Under the pieces are notes generated by a model. That model saw nothing but the letters and a program-made list of their open reading frames with translations, was not told the origin of the DNA and searched no databases. A DNA stretch of 62,673 bases, filler included. It is 10 parts of 10 records of this genome, joined end to end, with 100 filler letters (N's around TTAATTAATTAA, not from the genome) between each part and the next. Parts side by side here need not be neighbours in the genome. Positions count along the whole stretch, not along the records: positions 53,525 to 58,924 come from SRR7504441_2555; positions 59,025 to 62,673 come from SRR7504441_2558; 8 more parts are not named here. One strand, written 5' to 3'. The position numbers were made by a program, and so were the translations under genes. Position 1 is the first letter of the stretch. Every line of letters starts with the position of its first letter. Shown here piece by piece: positions 53,715-62,673 of this stretch.

Positions 53715-56700
53715 CTACGTTTTAAGTGTGAAAACACGGTTCCCGTTTTGCAACAAGCAAACAGCGGAGCTACTAGTATCCCACACAAGCGAGGGTGGGT
53801 GACTAACGTTGAACGGAAGTTGCGGTGTATCCGCTTGTGAAAGACAGCTGCCTGTGAGGCCAAACATTTCAAACATACCATAAGAACCTGCTTGCCATAT
53901 GCAAACAGTGTTGGCTGTGGCCGAAAAAGAAGAAATCTTCTTCCCGCTTGGATCAAATGACACCTGCAAACCTTTTCAACCCTACATTACATTACGCGTA
54001 AGGATCTAGGGTCCAGGCCGAGTGGAAACTAGACAAGCAGAGCAGCCCAACGAGCTTGGTGTGGGCTGTCACCGCGAGGATAGGCCCTTCTTGCCCCTGT
54101 AAAATCCGCCACTTGGTTGCTGTGCGCAGGTCGTATACCACAATTGTTCCACCAGGAGTTCCTACTGCATACTTCTGGCTTTCCTGATGGAAGGATATGA
54201 ATTGATACTTGTGGCACATGGTCCGGAGCACAACGGTGCATGCACGCAGACAGCGCTCCCTTCGGGCTGGTATTCCGGGGTTGAGCAGCCCCATCAAATG
54301 ATCGACCACCACTGGGATGTGTGGCTCAAAGTGTGACGTGAATTTGGTGATGACTGACTTGAGCAGCTGAATTGTTAAGACCTTGTGCGCCATCAAGCTG
54401 TCGACATTTGTGCCAATCTCAGCCATCACTTCAAGGAAGGGCTGTGGCACAGCTGCAGATATCAGAATCAAAGCATTCCGGACACGCTCTCCAAAAGATG
54501 GACGTTTGGGATCAGCCTCAGCGCAGTAGTGAAACAAGACGTAGATAAGTTCATGGAGGTCATCAATGTGCCGCTGGAAAGTGACAAAGCCGCGGCTCAA
54601 AATATCAGCTGCAAGTGCGCTCTGCATTGTATGTTGATGTACATTAGTGAGAAGAGCAGCAACAATCTGTGAAGTCAGCGAGACATCAAGACTCTCAGGA
54701 AACAGGCAGCCAACAATTCCTAGAATAACTACGGCAACACCCTTGGGCACACTTAAATCGGTCGTTGTCATTCTCATTTGCCATAGTGCTACACATGAGC
54801 TGCGTTGAGTTGGTGACATGCGATTAATGGCTGCCGATAACAGAGAGCGTGCTGCATCCTGGAGATCCTCCCAAGTGTCTTCCCAATAGCGCGCTAGTAA
54901 TGAAAGTGAGGGCGGGACAAAGTGTGGTATCGTTTCTGGAAGAAGCACGCACGCCTGGAGCCACAGCACTGTCAGGGCCTCAATGGCAGCTACGGTGGAA
55001 TACCTGAGTGATCAAGTCCACACACATTTGATTATCACAACCAAGGTTCAAGAGAAGCCTTGCCATCGACACTAGGGAAAGCGATTGGACAGACGTCATA
55101 TATGGGGAGAACTGCCATCTTCCGTGACCATGAAGCTGGTTGGCGCATGGTGTCAGATAGGTGATTACTCCACCATGTCCTCGCATTCCATACAGCAATG
55201 GAGGCTGAGGTGGTAGCAGTGGTGAGGCTTGCCGCTTGAGCTTGTCACTGTTCTGGTCATGACCCCAAATTACTAAATACGAAACAGCCATAAGCGGAAA
55301 CGATGACATTGCAGTGCTATCCACCATTAATGCCTGTTCTTGCTTTCTACCCTTCAGCATCTTGTGCAATTCGGCAGCGAGACGCTTGACCCCAATGACC
55401 ATGGCACAGCCTGCTGTGTCTAATTGCGAAACTGTACCCATGCGAACAGGCAACAGCTCAATCCACCGCATCGAAGAAGCAGTCATGCTCTCATCTGATA
55501 TACCAACGATTTGAGGTGGCACCAGGCAAGGTTTCGCACACAAAACAGTACGCAAGGATGTGCCCAACTGAAGCACCATGTCAGACTGCCATACACTCAC
55601 TGAGTGCTCTAAGGTTGCATTAGAACCATGTGAAGTACTCAGCAGCCACGTGATCAGCTGATGACCGCGGCAGAGTACATAGAGCCTTCTGGCATTCTGA
55701 TGCCAGCAGGCAGCGCAGACTGGAGCTGGATGTGGACCCATCAGCAGCGGATCAGGATTCTTGCTGCCTGAGCTCTTTGAGTCAGGCAGCGGAAGCATTC
55801 CCAGCATGCGATCGGAGCTAGCAAATAAGACAAATGGCACTGTTACAGTAACACTTGCTTGCAGTGGATCTGGATACAGAACAGGCTGCATGATCATGCT
55901 GATCTGGGATCCGCGGTAAGTACATGTTGTGAGCTGATGCAGGGGAGATCCTTTTGCATCGGGTACACGTGACACCATCCAAATATGGATTGTCCCATCC
56001 AACGAACAGGAGCATACTAATGCGTTGCTCTCTGAAGGGACTGTGGGCACAAATAGGTGAGTGACAGCGCTGCAATGAGCATCCACGAGCTCAAACGGTT
56101 TGTTTGACGGCATCATCGAAATGGAGAGTGAACCATTCTCAAAACCCTGAAGAAAGCAACGGTCAGCAAACAAACTGCAGCCCAGCTCATGTTGCAAGAT
56201 ACATAACTAAAACTGCATGTACATTCGACCCACAGAAATCAGGCAATTGAGTCTTGCCTGGATGAGCCTTGGAAGTCCTTGTTCGAGCATCACAATGCAA
56301 GAGGCTGTCTCTCTGATACTCTGTTCATAAAGATACATCAACTCATTGTTCAGCAGCGTACAGAAGCTAATTTTGGCCAAGTTGCATAGGCCAGTCAGAA
56401 TCTAGAAGTTAATCATAAATCCAGCTCATTTCACCTCACAGGGTTCCCAGCCACTGGCTACTGAGGTGCAGTGTCCTGAGTCAGGCCTCGCCCTGGCACC
56501 TGGAACCGAATCAACTCCCCAGAGAAAATCCATAGACATGCCTTCAGCAACGCTTTCATCGTGGTAGATGTCCTTTGTTAGCCACAGGTTCAACGCGCCT
56601 AAGCATGGTTAAACGGGCACCAAAACCAGAGTATAACTAGCTGAGCTAATAAGCTTTCTTTTAGATGAGCTTCATTGCATATTGCCCACCTGTACTGCTG

Positions 56701-58014
56701 CCGTGTGCGAGGATACCCGCTGCACATGTCACGGCCGCCGGTTGATGCAGATCGCAACAAGCTTGCTCATGCTCAGCCTCCTTCGGTTTGAGCAGCTCGG
56801 CGTGCAGCCGACATCCGGTGCTTTTATCATCAGCCTCTGGGTCCTCAGCGGTCGCCGCGCGAGACTCGATTGAATATGACATCAGCTGTTCCACTCCATT
56901 CGGATACGAGCGAGCACAGAGAACAAAGCTGCAGCAACAGAAATGAGCGATTGACGCCTATGGCAGCAGCATGGCTAACAGGTTGTAGTCGGCTATCATT
57001 CATTCAACATTCACGGCTGTAACCGGTGTTCATGTGTGAAGTAGCCATTGCACCATCGGCGCTCAGGGCTGCGAGTCTCGACGTAAGCAATCTCCTGAGA
57101 ATTCATATGAGTACGGGTGAATGCCAGCCGCCGACCTGTCCGTTGTCGACAATAACTACCGAGGCTCTCCTGCTGGACACCAACCTGGCCAGCCCACACT
57201 CAATCTGGGTAGCAGCAGAGCGGCTCACAGCATCAGTGTGCCGCTGCGGGTGGCGGCTGCGCAGATCAGGCTCCCGAGGATGCAGTCAGTCAGCGCACAC
57301 GGCTCAAACTGACGGAGCGGCGTGCCTTCATCTGACAGCCCAGTCACGCACAGGCACCGATCCTGACCGACCGGCGGACCAGAGGATCAGACGCTTGGCC
57401 TGGCAGACTGTGGCTAGCATAGTAGAGAGCGATCCTGTGTACGCGTGCACTGTGTGGAACCAGCCGGCCTCGCCCCCGAACCAGCCCTGCCACCCAGCTC
57501 AGCCCTGCCCGCTAGCCAACCCACCTGCGCCTCCAGGGTGTAGCAATCAACCATTACCAGTCCGCAGAATCTGCCTGTGCGCCCAGCCGCTCGCACCCGC
57601 CGCCGGGCTGCCCGCACCGCAGTAGACGAGCCGGCGCTCATCCGGGAGCACCGCGGCCGCTGTGGGTTTGCCCGGGAGCAGCTCCGGCTGGCGCAGCAGA
57701 CACCGGCCATCGGACGGGTCTAGCAGGCAGATCGTGCCGTCCGTGTGCGCACTGGCGACCGCCGGGGTCCATTCGAACGAGCACGGGAGCAGCGAGGTGA
57801 CAGCGCAGCCGCACCCGTCGATCAGAGCCACCGGAAGGAAGCTCCGGAGCTGGGAGGCCTCCGGTTCGATCTCGTCCGAGGCCGGCCGCTTCCAGAGGAG
57901 GCACTGGCCGTTGGAGGCTCCGGTGATGATCTTGGAGCTGTCCCGGACCACCAGGCACCGGATCTGGTGCTCCGGCGGCGCCGGGATGTTGGCGAGCGGA
58001 ATGAACAGACTCAT
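53715..58014 (-). CDS. WDR7: WD repeat protein 7 (rabconnectin-3 beta / WDR7-WDR72 family), many introns
   Basis: N-terminal PPEHQI...IITGASNGQCLLW; PPSLSLLARYWED...QDAARSLL; C-terminal YAVG...VYDLRTATKWRILQGQ..I.AVSF..SGK.I.SFS. Confidence 0.85.
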
Positions 58015-58201
58015 CGGCCAATCCGAGCGCGCTCCCCGCTGCCCAACTCCGAGTTGCTCCCCGCGCTCATGGCCGACTGGGCCCGGCCACGAGGTCAATC
58101 CGCTGCCGCCGCGGTCGGTTGGTCGAGCACTCACAGCAGTCAGGCACTGCAGGCGGGCCTGCTGGCGGCTGGCCTCCGGGAGCGCGGACGCGTGACGCGT
58201 G

Positions 58202-58650
58202 ATGGCCCGGGGCCCGACCGACCCGGACGAGCTTCACCTGATCCTGCAGGTCGGGCCCGGCCGGTGCCGGCTGAGCTGCCCGGGGCAGTGGAACCACGCG
58301 ACGGAGGTGCACCGGCTGCTCGACGAGGTGCCGGCCCTGCATCCCCGGCCTGATCCGGAGCAGACCTTCGCGCTGATGGACTGCGAGCAGCGAGGGCTGG
58401 TCGGGATCAAAGAGGGGGTGGCGTGGGTGCCCGGCAGGCCGGCGGCGCAGCGCAGGCGGTTGCAGGTGGCATCGATGGGAACGCGGTCGGCCGACGATGT
58501 CAAAGTCTCAAAGGCCATGTGGTGGCTGCGCGGGGTGCGTCCGCGGACTTGATGCTCGTGTGGCAGGTCCCGGCGGGTGGAAGCCATCAGGCTGTTCAAC
58601 GAGGAGGCGCAGGCAACACAGGAGCGCACGCGCAGTCTACTAACCGGGTG
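58202..58650 (+). CDS. Small hypothetical protein, spliced, possible degenerate EF-hand; boundaries uncertain
   Basis: Open frame across 39-48 nt GT-AG introns; TFALMDCEQRGLV. Confidence 0.35.
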
Positions 58651-59024
58651 AGTGTGCGCAGCAAGGCGCGGACGGGTTCACACGGCACGCTTGGACCGAG
58701 TATCACCAGGCCATGGTGACGACGGTGGGCACGCCGATCGACGTTCAACGGCTAAAGGCTCAACTCTTTGCAGAGAAGAACGCGATGATCGAGTACAAAT
58801 CATCTGCGTCATGCGACCTCAAACGAACGTGTAGTCTCATGTAAATCACGATTGATTAGAGCTATCAATATGTCTGAAGAGGTTCACTCGTATTCCTTAG
58901 AGGCAGGGTTTCGGATATATCAGANNNNNNNNNNNNNNNNNNNNNNNNNNNNNNNNNNNNNNNNNNNNTTAATTAATTAANNNNNNNNNNNNNNNNNNNN
59001 NNNNNNNNNNNNNNNNNNNNNNNN

Positions 59025-59731
59025 AAAAGTGGAGAAGGCTAAAGCTAAAGCTGCTGGACGACGCCAAGGAAGCTGGTAAGGACGCTGCCAAAAAGGCAGA
59101 TGCGAAAGTTGAGAAAGCCAAGGAAGCAGGCAAGGCAGAGGCTGAAGGAAAAGATTCTGCTAAGGTAGAGGCCGCGAAAGCTAAGTCCAAGGCCAAGGAG
59201 GCTGAATTAGCTAGGGCGCAGAAGGATGTCACAAAAGCGCAAAAGGATGGGGAAACTAAGGCCGCAAAGAAGGTGGAAGCTGCTAGAAATGAAGCACGGA
59301 AAGAGGCAGATAAGGCAAAGGATCAAAAGGCAAAAACTGCCAAGGCAAAGAAAAAGGTCGAGAAAGCTAAGGCAGAGGCAAGATCTGCCAAAGACAAAGT
59401 GAAAGACGATAAAAGACACATAAAAGACCTCAAGGCTACCGTGGCAAAGCTCAAGGATAAATTGAAGAAGAATGCTGCTTCAATTAAGAAGGACATCTTC
59501 ATGAAGCAGGCTAGAGCGGAGCAAGAAGCTGCAAAGCGGGCAAACCGAGAAGCATCGAAAGATAAGGAATTGGAAGCACGTGCTCGAGAAGCCGCCGCGG
59601 CCTCGCACACAAAACAAGGAAAACACGAATTAGCCGCTTTAAATAGAAAGCATGCAGGAGACGCAAAAGCAAAAGCTAGCGAATTGAGAGGCAAATCCAA
59701 TTCAAAGATAGAGAGAAGCTCTTGGTGGTGA
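59025..59731 (+). CDS. Lys/Ala/Glu-rich coiled-coil protein, 5'-partial
   Basis: Open frame from the contig start; low-complexity K/A/E/D composition. Confidence 0.65.
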
Positions 59732-60064
59732 GGTTTCTAAATAGATGAAGCCAAGAAGTCACTCATATCATTAAAATATTTCTTATACTACAATCATGAA
59801 CGGTTTCATTATACATGTACGTTCCGATTTCATTGCGATGAACTACAATGTTATCGGAACAAACTCGTGTTTGACAATCGCAATGAATCAAAACGCCAAG
59901 TCATGACATTGTATCAGTTAGAACTACGTGTTGATGATCTTTACTCAATCGAGCAAGTTCTATAAAGTTCCAGGTCTAAATTATTGTTGTGGAACCGATA
60001 ATACGAAGTGGCAGCAAGGCCACAGTAAGGGCATTGCCCAAGTACCTAGGTAGTACTAAGAAAT

Positions 60065-62673
60065 CTAACTGTAGGGCTGAGAAAGCTTTTGATTGCCAAG
60101 TGCTTCAGCAACATCTCTTGCAGTGCCTTGGCCCGAGAGGAAGGCACCATGGACACACTGCATATTCGCTGGATTGCACGCCTCACCAGCAAAGAAAAGA
60201 CGCCCTTCTGGCATGCCCAACGCTATGGACTCTTCTGTTACATCAGATCCTAATTTAGCAAAAGAGTAGGATCCTCGAGAGAATTCATCTCGCTCCCAGT
60301 GAGTCACTGTCGAAGCTATCACTTCAGGATTGATGTAACGGAACATTGATCCAAATATCGATGCTGTGAGCTCAACAACCTGGCTATCTGACAGGCCATC
60401 AAATCCAATGGAAAAAGGCGGGGCAACATGCGCGACCACTACATTTGGTTTTCCATAATAGTCCAGGTTCAAGAACCGGAAGCGATGATCAGTGCACTGT
60501 AAAAACGGCTCATTAGGCCAGAACTTGAAGCGAAATCGCAGGACCACCTTGTTTTCGGTACCAAACCCAAGGCGTTCGATTGCAAGCTGTTTACGATGTG
60601 ACAGAGGAGGCTCAAAATTAATCAGGCCAGCACTGGATTGATTTTGCGAGCTAGCCGACTTCAGCGATGCTTGGAGAACGCCCAAGGGAAGCGTAACGAC
60701 GACAGCATCGCATTTGATTTCTTGTCTGTTGCTCAGAATAACAGTGCAACCGTTATCACCATGAAGTACGTTTGTCACCATACTCTCCAGTCGTATGTCG
60801 AGTGATCTCGAATGCTTTTCTCGAGGTGGTCCATTGATGAGATGCTTGATCAAGAAATTCGAGTAGCCGGAAGCTACTAGCCCATCTCTCTGTGTCAAGT
60901 TGCGGGGTATTTTGTTGCCTTTCCGAGAAGCCTTCGACGACGCCAAACCCTGGATCTGTGCAACCCAACCAGTTTGCTCTTTTGACCTGTTTGCCCTGAC
61001 CTCCGGTTTTGCTGCACTGGAGTGACGCTCATTTGTCCATCCACTTGAATTTGTCAGCCTTCTCAGTTCAGGAGGTACGCCTGTTGTTGGATCGGAAAAC
61101 CTATTTCCAGAGCCCAAGCTTCCTGGTTCTGGGGGCACGCCATAGCACAGGAGATACTTTTGGGCAACAGCTATTGCTGCAGCTTTGATAGTCTGATGGG
61201 AACCTAAATGATGCCGTTCCTTGCGCCCTTCCCTGTGAGTATTTAGTTGTGCCTCATACCTGGTAGGACCAGAGGTGGATACACGTGCTGTAACACCCAG
61301 ATAGCCAGTTTTACTCTTGAACGAGCGCCATTTGCCAAGCTCATAGGTCTGGCCATTGTGCAACACCATTTCCATGCCCAGATCATCCGATGCCTGCTGG
61401 CATTTACTAGAATCTGATTGTACCGGCTGGTGTTTGTTGCATGCCTGCTTGCAGCGCTTGCCACTCGAACCAGGACGCGGTTGCTTCACCAGAGGCTGTG
61501 GAGCCTTGCACTGTGGAGATCTGTACTCCCCATTTGCTGACGTCTCCATCTCGGCCTGCACTGGCTCGGCACAGTGCTCGAGCTCTTGCTGCGGTTCAAG
61601 TTCCCTCTTCCGGCGGGAGGTGCAGGGCCTGCACCGGCAGCCCTTCCGGTGAATCGTCGCACCCCACCGGGTCTTGACAGTGAAGCCCCCGCTATTGCTG
61701 GCCTCCTGCAGGCTCCACTCGTGTCCGCCTTCCCCTGAAGCAGGACACAGCTGCTTAACTAGAGGCTGTGGAGGCGTGTATTGTGGAGATTTGCACTCCC
61801 CATCTGCTGACGATTCTGTCTCAACCTCAGTGACTAGTAACACCTCGTCACATCCATCTGAAGGGCTGCAATCCTGACTGATACCGTCGTCAGCACTAGG
61901 CTTGGATTTTCTGTCCGGCCGCTTTGCACAAAGTTCGTCCGATTTCTCTTCGGTTTCACCTTCCTTTGTTGCACCAGGCTTGGAGCCGAGCTTCTCTTCT
62001 GTTTTGTCGAGCTGGCCGAATTCCTCTGCAGGTTGATTGTCACTACTAGTCTCACCATACGTGGTGGTGAGGCAGCTGAGTGAGAGGTCGGACGATCCAG
62101 AGACAAATGCCCAGGTCACAACTTGGAGTGATGCAAGCACATCATGTGTGAGCTGATCCAAAGGAGCTCGCTTGCTGAGTTCCAGCACAGCACGGCCAAT
62201 GGCATCTTCAACAGACATGTCCTGCACCCGCGCCACTTCGTCCTCAGAGAGCTCAGGATCGCCACAGCACCATCCACCATCCTTGCACTTCCAGCCGTCA
62301 GCAAGTAAGCTAGGACTGCTGGGACTAGCCCGCCACTTGGAGCAACTATCACACTGAACCCAATTCAAAATCTGGTCAGCCTTACAGAGCTGTGCTGCCA
62401 TCTGCATAACTCGAGTCGCCACCTGATCAAAGACCTGAAATGCTGGCCGAAGCATCTTGCTCCTAAGCAGCTCACCAGTGCGGTGGTCATACCATTTGCT
62501 CTGAGGGCCCCAGCCGACTGAGTAGCCACCCGCTGACTGATCAATGTCTGCACCACACACCTGTGAAATCTCAAAGACAGGGTTCTGTGTAAAGCAACCA
62601 TGAATAAAACTGGCGCCCAGGTCTAATACTACGCCTGCCTGTCCCTTGTGGCGTCCCCAGTCTTCCGCAGTGC
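60065..62673 (-). CDS. LSD1/polyamine-oxidase-family flavin amine oxidase with inserted CW zinc finger and AP2-like domain; 5'-partial
   Basis: DLGASFIHG...NP; WVQCDSCSKWR; KSKTGYLGV...RYEA...HLGSHQTIKAAA; VVTLPLGVL, LGFGTENKVVL, RGSYSF and LFFAGEA...VHGAFLSG. Confidence 0.88.
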   Translation of the reverse strand, partial: TAEDWGRHKGQAGVVLDLGASFIHGCFTQNPVFEISQVCGADIDQSAGGYSVGWGPQSKWYDHRTGELLRSKMLRPAFQVFDQVATRVMQMAAQLCKADQILNWVQCDSCSKWRASPSSPSLLADGWKCKDGGWCCGDPELSEDEVARVQDMSVEDAIGRAVLELSKRAPLDQLTHDVLASLQVVTWAFVSGSSDLSLSCLTTTYGETSSDNQPAEEFGQLDKTEEKLGSKPGATKEGETEEKSDELCAKRPDRKSKPSADDGISQDCSPSDGCDEVLLVTEVETESSADGECKSPQYTPPQPLVKQLCPASGEGGHEWSLQEASNSGGFTVKTRWGATIHRKGCRCRPCTSRRKRELEPQQELEHCAEPVQAEMETSANGEYRSPQCKAPQPLVKQPRPGSSGKRCKQACNKHQPVQSDSSKCQQASDDLGMEMVLHNGQTYELGKWRSFKSKTGYLGVTARVSTSGPTRYEAQLNTHREGRKERHHLGSHQTIKAAAIAVAQKYLLCYGVPPEPGSLGSGNRFSDPTTGVPPELRRLTNSSGWTNERHSSAAKPEVRANRSKEQTGWVAQIQGLASSKASRKGNKIPRNLTQRDGLVASGYSNFLIKHLINGPPREKHSRSLDIRLESMVTNVLHGDNGCTVILSNRQEIKCDAVVVTLPLGVLQASLKSASSQNQSSAGLINFEPPLSHRKQLAIERLGFGTENKVVLRFRFKFWPNEPFLQCTDHRFRFLNLDYYGKPNVVVAHVAPPFSIGFDGLSDSQVVELTASIFGSMFRYINPEVIASTVTHWERDEFSRGSYSFAKLGSDVTEESIALGMPEGRLFFAGEACNPANMQCVHGAFLSGQGTARDVAEALGNQKLSQPYS

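Noticed and set aside
1-62673. Alternative genetic code, CRISPR array, rRNA/tRNA genes, transposase or viral genes
   Set aside because: TAA, TAG and TGA all end genes, and the internal stops I traced fall inside introns. I saw no repeat-spacer array, RNA gene or mobile-element hallmark.

Overview
This is eukaryotic (protist) genomic DNA, not prokaryotic. It consists of 10 contigs joined by artificial 100-nt spacers (N-runs around TTAATTAATTAA). The genome is GC-rich and very compact and uses the standard code. Most genes sit in head-to-head pairs with 40-200 nt between start codons and are split by tiny spliceosomal introns of about 35-55 nt, many of them GC-AG, so the supplied ORF track is mostly fragments or shadow ORFs. 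By hand I reconstructed about 35 genes. These include an insulinase, an NRF-6-like acyltransferase, two F-box-like proteins, secreted GH18-like/GH43/GH16 enzymes, two nucleoside hydrolases, a PPPDE-PUL protein, a TDP1-like protein, DHCR7, an Sfi1-repeat protein, a filamin-NHL protein, a FERM protein, DEK-HMG, LYPLAL1, a MADS-box factor, a zuotin-like protein, WDR7 and an LSD1-like oxidase. The most notable observations are: (1) a duplicated 93-nt bidirectional promoter/start-codon module driving two unrelated secreted-enzyme genes in tandem; (2) an RRM-zinc knuckle-TrmY-like SPOUT methyltransferase fusion; (3) a DCD domain-tyrosine-kinase-like pseudokinase C-lobe-RING fusion; (4) a palindromic CCTTCCTAATTAGG/GTTAAC element family confined to the introns of one contig; (5) a TACGAGTA motif recurring in non-coding DNA near gene 3' ends. 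All domain calls come from motif recognition by eye, with no database search. Exon boundaries are manual inferences. I cannot assign the taxon.
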